A DNA stretch of 62,929 nucleotides, the filler included, from Perkinsus marinus ATCC 50983 (taxonomy: Eukaryota): NCBI RefSeq assembly GCF_000006405.1. It is 31 parts of 31 records of this genome, joined end to end, with 100 filler letters (N's around TTAATTAATTAA, not from the genome) between each part and the next. Parts side by side here need not be neighbours in the genome. Positions count along the whole stretch, not along the records: positions 13,296 to 16,253 come from NW_003205440.1; positions 16,354 to 17,808 come from NW_003210568.1; positions 17,909 to 18,931 come from NW_003200896.1; positions 19,032 to 20,189 come from NW_003200600.1; positions 20,290 to 21,339 come from NW_003203564.1; positions 21,440 to 22,876 come from NW_003216428.1; positions 22,977 to 24,019 come from NW_003202694.1; 24 more parts are not named here. One strand, written 5' to 3'. The translations under genes and the position numbers were made by a program. Below are positions 13,196 through 24,019 of this stretch, piece by piece. Position 1 is the first letter of the stretch, and each line of letters opens with the position of its first letter. The notes below the pieces were generated by a model. It did not search any database. It was given only the letters and a program-made list of their open reading frames with translations, and was not told where the DNA came from.

Positions 13196-13295
13196 NNNNN
13201 NNNNNNNNNNNNNNNNNNNNNNNNNNNNNNNNNNNNNNNTTAATTAATTAANNNNNNNNNNNNNNNNNNNNNNNNNNNNNNNNNNNNNNNNNNNN
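13196..13295. other. Artificial contig-joining linker N44-TTAATTAATTAA-N44 (first of about 30 in the window)
   Basis: The same 100-nt linker, with stops in all six frames, recurs between unrelated 1-4 kb contigs; it explains the ORFs containing X runs or ending in LIN. Confidence 0.98.
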
Positions 13296-13409
13296 AATTG
13301 GCTTACGCCCGTGCACCATCTCATCGATGATGATGATGATGATGATGATTATGACAGTGCTAGCACTACTTCTGAGGATTCTGATCCGATCAGTATTGCT
13401 GACGGCCAG

Positions 13410-16190
13410 ATAGGCATCGTCAGTCCAGCACATTCTGGCATGTTATTCGGTTTGTGGTCGAGTAATGCTAGTGTTGGTAACATCGTGGGCGCTCTGATGG
13501 CTGCGGTCGCGCTGGGCATTGCAGGAGCGTATTCATTTATGAAGGGAATAGAGGTGGGCGGGGGGAGTGTAGGGAATTAATGTGGCCGAGAAGATTGAAT
13601 TATGAGAGATTTTACAGTAATTCTGATAACTTTGATCATCATGGTCTTGGCATGGGTATGAGTTATTAGAGTTTTATATTGGGTATCTATGGTATGGATA
13701 GAAATTTTTTTGTATGTCGTGAAGACGACATTGCATGAATTAGCAAGCGCTGTTATCATTAGCATTCGGTTCCTTTTACTAAAGAACATGTTAATGATGA
13801 AGTCACTCTATTCTGGCCAGCTCATGGGATTTAAATTTTTGAAATCTCGTCCGCAACGTTTCTACATATAGGTTCTCCTCGTTTACGTGGGACCGTCCGT
13901 ATTATTGTTGCTTTTTGCCTATCGCTCGAGCAAGTTGAAGGACTTCCCATCAGCTGCAGGATTTAACGAAGGAATGGTAGATACTGGCGAGAGGCTTATG
14001 AAGTCATGAGGAGTTTATGTTAGTATAACGTTGGATTGGTTGTTGTTCCTGTATAACCTGGCTCATGCTGTTAATGCTATACTTTCAAGCTAGTTTTGAT
14101 GTGCGAAAAGAATATTCCGATAATGATGTAGTTCTCTATTTTTAATAGACTCACCGTGCATACATCTGCTATGAAAACATTGGAGTTTCACCCGTTTTAC
14201 GTGAAGTGGTGTAATACTCTGTGAGAAACCCGATATCTATGGTATGCAGCAGTCGTGATATATATTTTTCACCGGTGTTTTTCATATCACGGGTGAAATT
14301 CCAATGATATACAGTAAGAAAGTCTTAGTTTGACCAAAAAAATTGATGAACGTGGATGTGCTCATGTGGATCGTCCGTAGGGAAATCGAACCGTGGGCCT
14401 TCCGTGAATTAGTATGCAGCTCCCCCACTATACTAGATATCTTGTACTGCGGTTAGGTTACGACTATGCCCGCGACTGGTGTATCGTTACCGACCTTGGA
14501 AGCTTTGTTGAGGGGTCTGGGGGAAATCTGGCACGCCTTCTGGTTACCATTCGTCGCCCGATATTCTCTCGTCTATGCTTGTACGAAGGGCGTCAACTAT
14601 GCAATGTTTTTCTGGCTTCCCTTCTATCTCAGCGAGGTGGGCACATTATGTGTCAAATCCTGCTATGTTCGAAGCGAAAGCGCTCGCCTCAGAGTGATTC
14701 TGTGATTAGGTTTGTGAACTCGATCCGGGATTGGCTGACGGTCTATCTGTATTTTACGATATAGGGCAGTGCTTGGGCGGGGTTATTGCGGGCTCCATTG
14801 TTGACAAGATGGCTAAGGGGAAGAAATCGATTGTATGATCGATTTGAATTTATCATTGAGGAACTGTCTTCAGAGAAATTTGTGCAGTAGTGATTCTGGT
14901 ATAATTTCGTGGCGCGTGATGGAATAAAACCATCCGAGGACTTGTATGTTGCCCTGATCATATTGCTGGTTTGTAGGTGATTACCTCATTTCTTCTTCTG
15001 GCGGTGATACCAATTCTAGCGCTGAGCTTGAAGCACAGCTCCGTCGTACCCGTCACTGTTATTATCTTCATAGCGGGGTTCCTGGTAAGGAGGCTTGTGG
15101 TATCACTACAGTGGTAGCGGTTTCAGCTCGGTTAATCCGTGAGTCTTCGATCCTCGGTTGAGCATCTTTGCACGAGATGCTACTTGATGCGTTAGTGATG
15201 GACTGTGAGTGATGGAGTTAGTTGGAAAGCAAGACACCGAATTCAAACTAGAATGCAGGGAAACTTCTATGAGAGTTGTTATCTGTTACATTGGGAATTC
15301 TGGTGATGATCCCTCGATACAGCAGCGAATGAACTAGAGGGTTTCATGCAGTCCGTCTCTGCAACGGAAAAGGGCGATAGAAAAATTGTGTATACAATAG
15401 TAGACGACATTCGAGGAGACTGATTGCGATAAGGCCTATCTGTGCCTCTGCGCAACACCATCGTAACTGGCGACTACCAGCGACAAACTTCCAAGCTAGA
15501 AGTTCTATTAGAACTGTTTCAACCATTGTCGTTCTATGCCCACCACCTTTTGCATTTATTTCAAGACATGGACCTCTACAGTGTGGATCTGCCTCATGTC
15601 TTATCTGTTGCATGCCAAGGGAACTTGTTTGGACTCCTATGAGGTTCCCTTTACTTGTCAGGTTGGAGGTCCCGCCAATTTGATATCCGCTGCAGTATGT
15701 GCCGATCTGGGCAGCCAGACCGGTATCGACTCAAATGTGACCGCCTCTGTGAGCGGTTTAGTGGATGGAGTGGCATCTATAGGAGCCGCGATAACGCAAC
15801 TGACTATTCCCCTCCTCGCAACGGGCTCCAGTTGGGCGTGGTTATTTGTTGCCTTCACAGGTGGGATGAATGTCACCAGTGGGATTCGATGCTGGGATTT
15901 CGCGAAGCAAGAAATGTTGTGCTTCTATCTTTCGACTTAGACAATATCTTTGGATACCAGTTGATTCATGTTGGAGGTTCCATGCTTTTCTCGGGTATTC
16001 TTTATTTGATCATAATTCTAGTAGCGCAAAATGCTGGTGGCTGAGATCGGACGAGGTTGCTTCGATAAGGGGTCTGATGGTCTCAGGTATGCTGCTGCTA
16101 GCGGCGTCCCTGCTGATTCCAGTAGTGAGGAAAGAGATGGCGTCACCCTCAACGGAAGAGGGAGCGATATCGACGCAGATGATAGAATAG
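13410..16190 (+). CDS. MFS sugar-phosphate/glycerol-3-phosphate exchanger (SLC37/GlpT family), 5' truncated, multi-exon
   Basis: GMLFGLWSSNASVGNIVG, YACTKGVNYAMFFWLPFYL, YDIGQCLGGVIAGSIVD, VGGPANLISAAVCADLG, TASVSGLVDGVASIGAA motifs with GT-AG junctions. Confidence 0.9.
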
Positions 16191-16353
16191 CTTTTGGCGA
16201 GCTAGAACGTGGGTCTTGGGATCAATAGTCATGCATTCATCTACTATACGATTNNNNNNNNNNNNNNNNNNNNNNNNNNNNNNNNNNNNNNNNNNNNTTA
16301 ATTAATTAANNNNNNNNNNNNNNNNNNNNNNNNNNNNNNNNNNNNNNNNNNNN

Positions 16354-17608
16354 TGTGTTCGACTTTGATAATCTCAAGGATGAACAGATAGAAGTGATGC
16401 AAGCCTTGTTGAGAGACCACAAAGATGTCTTTTATGCATTCCCAACGGGTAAGGGTAAGATGATATTATTTTTGCGCGAGGCGTGGTATGGTATTCCGAC
16501 TAATTCCCTACTTGAGGAAGTTTGTTATGAATACAGTGAGTGGCAATAATAATGATTATAATGATATATCTATATTGAAAATAGAGTAATAATAATGGGA
16601 TTTTACGCGTTGAACGTGAAGTATTTGAAAGTACGTGAAGTGCACCTCGTGAGTATTTACTGTGCTACTATAGTTAGTGTAGTGTGTTCAATGTAGTAGT
16701 AGTAGTACTACTACTGTGTACTACAGCATTGTCTATTGAACGCACCGTATTGTTGTTATTGTCAGGTGGTGGTAAGTCGCTATGTTATCAGCTACCAGCA
16801 CTAGCATCATCTAGGCCGGGGTTTGCCCTCATAGTGAGCCCACTCATTGCACTAATGCAAGACCAACTACAGAAGCTGCGTGGGGTCCTCACTAACAGTT
16901 TTAATGATACTCGAAGTGAGGTGGCAATTTCGTGGCGCAGTGACGGTAGATGCTGATATCAGATCGATTCGGCCCTTCTGCATGTGCGGTGTTGAATTCC
17001 TCCATCACTCCTGCTGAGAAAGAAGTCCTCCTTGAAGACCTTCAGCTGGAGACGCCTGCAACTCGTATTGTGTAAGCGTGTTGGCAAACTCAATACATGG
17101 TGAACCGAACAGTTATGCATATCTACAATTTCGAGACTACGACTACGGACTACGAAACGCTTCTATAGTGTTGATGTCAAGTCATATTGTTATCATGTTG
17201 ACTTTCACTCTTTATCACTTGTTATCACTTGTTATCACTTGTTATCACTTGTTATCACTCTCAGAAAATTGAAGGTTTTGAAGATACCGGTTTGGTTCAC
17301 AATGTAGGTATATAACGCCTGAACAAATATCATCAGAAGTATTCAAAAATAACATCCTACAGAGAGTAGCGGCCAACAACACTCTCCTGTATGTTGCCAT
17401 AGATGAAGCCCATTGTATTTCGCAATGGGGTCATGACTTCCGACCGGCTTATAGGTAACAACACTTTAGGAATTTCGTGGCGCGTGACGTTTTTTGACCA
17501 TTGTTAGACGTCTGCAAATCTTCCGAAATTTGTGCCCGAATGTACCACTGTTGGCGTGTACGGCTACTTCAACGCCCAAGGTCAGAGACGATGTCATCAA
17601 AAGCTTGG
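16354..17608 (+). CDS. RecQ-family DNA helicase, internal fragment (5 exons)
   Basis: Spliced [60 protein letters not shown] motifs. Confidence 0.95.
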
Positions 17609-17621
17609 GTAAGGACTTATA

Positions 17622-17808
17622 CCATCACTTTACTTCTTAAGCCCATCACTTTACTTCTTAAGCCCATCACTTTACTTCTTAAGCCCATCACTTTACTTCT
17701 TAAGCCCATCACTTTACTTCTTAAGCCCATCACTTTACTTCTTAAGCCCATCACTTTACTTCTTAAGCCCATCACTTTACTTCTTAAGCCCATCAGTTTA
17801 CTTCTTAA
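17622..17808 (+). repeat. 21-bp intronic minisatellite (CCATCACTTTACTTCTTAAGC), about 9 copies
   Basis: Direct reading; follows a GTAAG donor in the RecQ gene and runs off the contig end. Confidence 0.95.
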
Positions 17809-19057
17809 NNNNNNNNNNNNNNNNNNNNNNNNNNNNNNNNNNNNNNNNNNNNTTAATTAATTAANNNNNNNNNNNNNNNNNNNNNNNNNNNNNNNNNNNN
17901 NNNNNNNNCCAGACCTGAGAAAGCACAGCGGTGGAGTTCTTTCCTTAAACGGGAATGAATCTGAGTCGGAGTCAGAGCATAGGTGATAAGGAATGCTCAT
18001 GAGTCATTAAGAACTGCCGCATCCGTCTCCAGAAAAGAAGGTATCTCGTCGTATTAACTGCGGGTCGAAACTCATTCATTCAAGGAAGCGCTCCCAGCTG
18101 TATGTGATGTTGTCCAAATCATCGGAGCTTGCGTGAGATGATCTAAGTACAAGTAGCGAACATCTGTTAGAAGTTACTTATCTCTCATCTCATTGTTTGA
18201 GTTATTGTACTACAAATTCCGCTGCGTCGACGGTTAAGCTCATCCCGCACTAAGGTCAAGACTGAATCACTCAGAGGGGCTACCGGATTCTTTGCCATTG
18301 AGTCGTTCAAGAGAGTAGCGAGTAGCAGGCTTCTTGCTGGCAGTTGACGCATAGTGCTCCAGAAAAGGCAAGCTCACACTCCTATAGATCCCCAAGCCAC
18401 AGCTCCCAGAACGACTCTTGATTTCAAATACGTAGAAGAGTTCCGTCATTTCTTGATGCGTCCCCTAGAATAGTTCATCTTCTAACTTCTCAAGAGAATC
18501 GATAGAGTGAATGATTTCGGAGGTACTCTCCTGACATTCAGATCCGGCAAACCATCGAAAAATCTTAATCAGATTGTCACATGAGCTCCATTTAGCTCAT
18601 TGCCTGAGGCGGATAAAGGTTTAGGCGAAATTTTTGATACGATTTCCGCTTCTCCCCCAGTTCGGTCAACGCAGTCGTGTCTGAAGGGTAAGAGTGATAA
18701 AGATATTGTTCCCCCCACGAGCGGTTGGTTTTGAGAAATACGCACCTCGACCAAAAAACTTTTGACGTATGGACGACTCTTTCTCGTCTCGGCGGCGCTC
18801 CATCTCGGCTACAAGGTCGACAACACGAGGAAAGGGACCAACACTGCCGATTCTTATTGAAATAGGCTTGCTGTCGTATGAAAATGCTATAGAAACCATG
18901 CACGAATGGAAGACACGAAAAGTATAGATCTNNNNNNNNNNNNNNNNNNNNNNNNNNNNNNNNNNNNNNNNNNNNTTAATTAATTAANNNNNNNNNNNNN
19001 NNNNNNNNNNNNNNNNNNNNNNNNNNNNNNNCCCGACTAGAGCCTAATGCTGCTGTA

Positions 19058-19129
19058 AGCCACTTGTCAGGATTGAACTGACGACCTTATACTTACGAAG
19101 CAGACGCTCTACCACTAAGCTAAAGTGAC
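19058..19129 (-). tRNA. tRNA-Thr(CGT), anticodon stem damaged (possible pseudogene)
   Basis: 72-nt cloverleaf, loop TTCGTAA; 3' stem GTATA instead of GCAGA. Confidence 0.8.
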
Positions 19130-19231
19130 GCACAGATTAAGTATATGAATCAATAATTTTCCTGTCCCGTTCACAGAATGGGCCATCCTGCTCCTGGTTC
19201 TCGTACCAGACCAGAAATTTATGGTGCTATA

Positions 19232-19303
19232 AGCCACTTGACAGGATTGAACTGACGACCTTCTGCTTACAAAGCAGACGCTCTGCCACTAAGCTAAAGT
19301 GGT
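19232..19303 (-). tRNA. tRNA-Thr(TGT), with 1:72 and T-stem mismatches
   Basis: TCTGC-TTTGTAA-GCAGA anticodon arm, GTTCAATCC T-loop. Confidence 0.85.
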
Positions 19304-19405
19304 ACACAAAATAAATGCATAAATCACTAATCTTCCTGTATCCTTTGCGGAGTGAGCAAACCTGCTCCTGCTCCTCATACCCGACTAGAGCCTAATGCTG
19401 CTGTA

Positions 19406-19477
19406 AGCCACTTGCCAGGATTGAACTGACGACCTTCTGTTTACGAAGCGGACGCTCTACCACTAAGCTAAAGTGGC
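19406..19477 (-). tRNA. tRNA-Thr(CGT), anticodon stem mismatches
   Basis: GCCACTT/AAGTGGC acceptor stem; TCCGC-TTCGTAA-ACAGA. Confidence 0.8.
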
Positions 19478-19579
19478 GCACAGATTAAGTATATGAATCA
19501 ATCATTTTCCTGTCCCGTTCACAGAATGGGCCATCCTGCTCCTGGTTCTCGTACCAGACCAGAAATTTATGGTGCTATA

Positions 19580-19651
19580 AGCCACTTGCCAGGATTGAAC
19601 TGACGACCTTCTGCTTACAAAGCAGACGCTCTGCCACTAAGCTAAAGTGGC
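19580..19651 (-). tRNA. tRNA-Thr(TGT), intact
   Basis: GCCACTTTAGCTTAGTGGCAGAGCGTCTGCTTTGTAAGCAGAAGGTCGTCAGTTCAATCCTGGCAAGTGGCT folds into a full cloverleaf. Confidence 0.93.
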
Positions 19652-19753
19652 ACATAGAGCGAGTACATAAATTAATAATCTTTCTGTATCCTTTGCGGAG
19701 TGAGCAAACCTGCTCCTGCTTCTCGTACCAGACCAGATATTTATGGTGTTATA

Positions 19754-19825
19754 AGCCACTTACCAGGATCGAACTGACGACCTTCTGCTTTCAAAGCAGA
19801 CGCTCTGCCACTTAGCTAAAGTAGC
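19754..19825 (-). tRNA. Thr-body tRNA with TGA (Ser) anticodon, copy 1
   Basis: Same body as neighbours, loop TTTGAAA, 5-nt variable loop; one D-stem mismatch. Confidence 0.8.
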
Positions 19826-19927
19826 GAACAGAATAAGTACATAAATTAATAATCTTCCTGTATCCTTTGCGGAGTGAGCAAACCTGCTCCTGCTTCTCGT
19901 ACCAGACCAGATATTTATGGTGTTATA

Positions 19928-19999
19928 AGCCACTTACCAGGATCGAACTGACGACCTTCTGCTTTCAAAGCAGACGCTCTGCCACTAAGCTAAAGTGAC
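19928..19999 (-). tRNA. Thr-body tRNA with TGA (Ser) anticodon, copy 2
   Basis: GTCACTTTAGCTTAGTGGCAGAGCGTCTGCTTTGAAAGCAGAAGGTCGTCAGTTCGATCCTGGTAAGTGGCT; all stems pair, including G-U pairs. Confidence 0.82.
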
Positions 20000-20101
20000 A
20001 CACCAAATAACTGCATAAATCAATAATCTTCCTGTATCCTTTGCGGAGTGAGCAAACCTGCTCTTGCTCCTCATACCCGACTAGAGCCTAATGCTGCTGT
20101 A

Positions 20102-20170
20102 AGCCACTTGCCAGGATTGAACTGACGACCTTCTGCTTACGAGCAGACGCTCTACACTAAGCTCAGTGGC
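20102..20170 (-). tRNA. tRNA-Thr(CGT) with 1-nt deletions, probably poor read end
   Basis: Seventh unit at the 174-bp period; three single-base deletions near the contig end. Confidence 0.65.
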
Positions 20171-21439
20171 ACACACACTGACTATATGANNNNNNNNNNN
20201 NNNNNNNNNNNNNNNNNNNNNNNNNNNNNNNNNTTAATTAATTAANNNNNNNNNNNNNNNNNNNNNNNNNNNNNNNNNNNNNNNNNNNNAGTATCAGGTT
20301 TCACGGGAGCGAGTACCGAAGACGGTGCACTGCACCGGGTGCAGACACTGCGTCTGTGTGTCTGAGACACGCACTGTCGGCACACTCGATGAGTGTCACT
20401 CAGAGTCTGTCCCTGAGTGTCTTTCCGTGAAAGACTTTCCCTCATCGGTACTTCTAGGGTCGGTTCATTCGAAACCTCCCTACCGGACTCACGCAAGCAG
20501 GCGTTTGATTTTTAATAATCTGTATCAGCCTGAATATCAGGATCCACATACGGCTCCACGTCGAACATGTCCCCTTAGGAGGCTCTCCTAGCATGATTGA
20601 GGCTAGGAGAGTCCAGGATCTGGGTATCTCCATCTAGAACATCTATTCAGGATATCTATCTATGCTAGAACCCAGATTCCAGGGGCCTATTTCACAAGAA
20701 ACGCTCCTTAAGGTGCACCTTGAATTTAGGAGCAAGGAGCCTTACACCTTACTCGAGGTGCTTTCACTTCAGTTGCTCCTCATGCTCCTTATGCGCCTAA
20801 ATTTAAGGTGCACCTCGTGAACCCCAATAAGGAGCACGAGGGGCACCTAAACCCGTACCGACGCGCATCAAAAAATCGACACAGACTGTGTCACACAGTG
20901 CTTCAATAGAGTTCTCTCAAGAGGGCTATTGTAAGCCGTTTGCACTGACCCGTACAACTACTACTATGGACGCGGAAAACTTGAATGAACACTGTGATAT
21001 TGCCCCTTGTACGATACAGTAATGGTGTTGTTTACCTTCGTGAATAAGGTCTCTGCCCACTCTTCTAGTAAAGATACGAAGATATCCAGGTCAGAATCCG
21101 AAAATGAGGGTATGGTTATTTCTACCACAAACTCAACAACACTATCATGAGCTTATTTGTGAACAATCGGCCGTTGTCGATATTTGTTATACGCCAAGTC
21201 GAATATGCGGTAAAAATGCACGGTTCAGGGATAGATCATCCGCGGGTGAGACGCGCGGGCTATCGGGAATAAGCGGAGCGGAGCTCGCATAAAATGGTAA
21301 GGAGGGTGCGATAAGTGCATAAAGTACCCCCCGAGCAGTNNNNNNNNNNNNNNNNNNNNNNNNNNNNNNNNNNNNNNNNNNNNTTAATTAATTAANNNNN
21401 NNNNNNNNNNNNNNNNNNNNNNNNNNNNNNNNNNNNNNN

Positions 21440-22176
21440 GCTGCTGCGCTACTCGTAGCAGAGCAGTGACACCCCACCCACTCGTCACCGTACAGCTAAT
21501 GACACTCCAAAGTGTACCCAGACGAGATTTGACGGAAATGTGGTATGATATTACATCAACCATCTTCTTATCCAACTCCTCAGCCTCGATCTGGTCCAAC
21601 TCGTTCAACAACTCATCGTCATCCATAATTTGGTTGCCCGAAGACAGAACCTTCCAAAATGGAAATCTACTCCAAGAAATAACCACACCAATCTCAAAAA
21701 TGTACTCGTAATTTTACCAATTTTACATTCAACTTTTTTGAGTACAAATCATATTGTACCAACACCCACACGACACACTGCTCTCGACAACTCCCCCACC
21801 TGCGAAACCTCATTCTGCAGATCCTGCTGCTCAGCCATGTCGTCCATGAGCTCGTCAATCTGAAAAATCAAAAAACATAAGTACCCAATTTCAGTGTGGG
21901 AAAATATGCACATGATCAACTACAGTCAACAATATAAAATTTCTGAGGAAATTTCGGGAAATTTTTCCCGAATTCACATCGCCAATTCTACAATTTGGGA
22001 GTGACCTCCCAAGTTCAACGGACATATATTCTTCCAACACTGCTCTACTACATTATCAATATTAAGTTGCTGATTCATAGTCTTCTGCGCCGACACGCCT
22101 TGTGACAACGCTTGCACAGCAACTGCAGTCGTCTGGCTACTCTCCAAAGACAATATCTGCTGCTCTAGCGTCATAC
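21440..22176 (-). CDS. SNF7: ESCRT-III Snf7/CHMP4 homologue, internal exons
   Basis: MTLEQQILSLESSQTTAVAVQAL..LNIDN | IDELMDDMAEQQDLQNEVSQ | DDDELLNELDQIEAEELDKKM. Confidence 0.9.
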
Positions 22177-22311
22177 CTGGATATATGAGAAATACAAAAC
22201 AGTCTAGGGGGGAAAATATGCATATATGTTGGTGACAATACGAAAATTCTGAGGAAATTTCGGGAAATTCTCATTCATTTCTATACATTTCTACTCGATC
22301 CCTATAATTAG

Positions 22312-22876
22312 TGAGGAAACTCCTGAGCTCAGGTGAAAAAAACGAACATATATTCCTACTCCAACACTGTATAGGAAATTCCTGAGCTCAGCTGAGGAAA
22401 GCAAACATATATTCCTACTCCAACACTGTATAGGAAATTCCTGAGCTCAGCTGAGGAAAGCAAACATATATTCCTACTCCAACACTGTATAGGAAACTCC
22501 TGAGCTCAGCTGAGAAAAACGAACATATATTCCTACTCCAACACTGTATAGGAAACTCCTGAGCTCAGCTGAGGAAAGCAAACATATATTCCTACTCCAA
22601 CACTGTATAGGAAACTCCTGAGCTCAGCTGAGAAAAACGAACATATATTCCTACTCCAACACTGTATAGGAAACTCCTGAGCTCAGCTGAAAAAAAGCGA
22701 ACATATATTCCTACTCCAACACTGTATAGGAAACTCCCGAGCTCAGCTGAGGAAAGCGAACATATATTCCTACTCCAACACTGTATAGGAAACTCCTGAG
22801 CTCAGCTGAAAAAAGCGAACATATATTCCTACTCCAACACTGTATAGGAAACTCCTGAGCTCAGGTGAGGAAAGCA
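22312..22876 (+). repeat. 59-bp tandem array (about 9.5 copies) in an SNF7 intron
   Basis: Unit TAGGAAACTCCTGAGCTCAGCTGAGGAAAGCAAACATATATTCCTACTCCAACACTGTA; matches the 3' end of dispersed family A. Confidence 0.95.
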
Positions 22877-22976
22877 NNNNNNNNNNNNNNNNNNNNNNNN
22901 NNNNNNNNNNNNNNNNNNNNTTAATTAATTAANNNNNNNNNNNNNNNNNNNNNNNNNNNNNNNNNNNNNNNNNNNN

Positions 22977-23689
22977 AACAAGTAGTCTCTGCTCGACTCC
23001 AACGATTAATCCAGGTTCCACATACCAAACCTCAGAGCCAGTCCTTTTCCCGAAGTTACGGACCTATTTTGCCGACTTCCCTTATCTACTTTGTCCTACG
23101 GACCAGAGGCTTCTAACCTTGGAGACCTGATGCGGTTATGGGTACGATCGAGAGTGCGAATAAATCTATCCCTCGGATTTTCAAGGGCCAGCGAGAACAC
23201 TCCAGACACCCTGTTAGACAAGGTGCTATTCCAGTTCGAAAACCCTATCTCCAGATGATCTGATTCCAGGGTAAGTCGAACTGTTAAAAAGAAAAGACAA
23301 CGCTTCCTGGGGTCCCCTATGGCGTGTCCGAGTTCACTTGTGTTGCCACATATTATCCACGTCTCGGCGCTGGAATACTAACCAGCTTCCCTTTCGAGAA
23401 ACAGAGCCAAAGCTCCAATCCGATGGAATTTAACCTGTCTCTCAGGATCGGCTAACCCATGTCCAAGTGCTGTTCACATGGAACCCTTCCCCACTTCGGC
23501 CTTCAATGTTCTCTTATTGAATACTTGCTACTACCACCAAGATCTGCACTGGAAGCTGTTTCACTCAGACTCACGTCCAAGCTTCTTCACAACCCCCACG
23601 CCCTCCTACTCATTGTTGCCAATTATCTTGCAACAATGGCCCGGTATCGGTCACTCGCTTCAGCGCTATCCATTTTCGGGGCTAGTCGA

Positions 23690-23723
<34 letters not shown>

Positions 23724-24019
23724 ATTTCGACTTCCATGACCACCGTCCTGCTGTTAAGATCGACCAACACCCTTTGTGGTATCTGATGAGCGAGCAGTTT
23801 AGCACCTTAACCGAGCGTTAGGTTCATCCCTCATCGCCAGTTCTGCTTACCAAAAATGGCCCACTTAGAGTCGTCTCATTGACCCCAATAGTTCAATTAA
23901 GTAACTACTGGATCTTGCCCATTTAAAGTTTGAGATAGGTCGAGGAAGTTACTTCCCCGGACTCTATCATTCGCTTTACCTGACAAACTGATAAAGACTC
24001 TAGCTATCCTGAGGAAACT
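22977..24019 (-). rRNA. Nuclear LSU (28S) rRNA, internal fragment
   Basis: Conserved LSU blocks on the + strand: TACTACCACCAAGATCT (LR7 site), ATCCTGAGGAAACT (LR5-like), CCCGAAGTTACGG, TTTTGCCGACTTCCCTTATCTAC, CGCCAGTTCTGCTTACC. Confidence 0.98.

Noticed and set aside
13240..13251. Recurring TTAATTAATTAA as a biological motif, and gene neighbourhoods across it
   Set aside because: Always centred in N runs, so it is an artificial linker; adjacent contigs are unrelated
14805..14835. Non-canonical GC donor sites (also near 8030)
   Set aside because: In-frame canonical GT donors a few codons downstream explain the junctions
17501..17860. Protein with LLLKPIT repeats
   Set aside because: Translation of an intronic 21-bp minisatellite
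17909..18931. Coding or retroelement remnants here and at 1301-2300, 5803-6900, 24120-31235, 38623-40317
   Set aside because: Short or broken frames with some exon-like pieces but no motif I can identify; left uncalled
19754..19999. Opal suppressor or selenocysteine tRNA
   Set aside because: TCA appears only on the non-coding strand; the gene is on the minus strand with anticodon TGA, which reads UCA, and there is no Sec-type long arm
22312..22876. CRISPR-like array with palindromic repeat
   Set aside because: Contiguous tandem units without spacers, inside a eukaryotic intron
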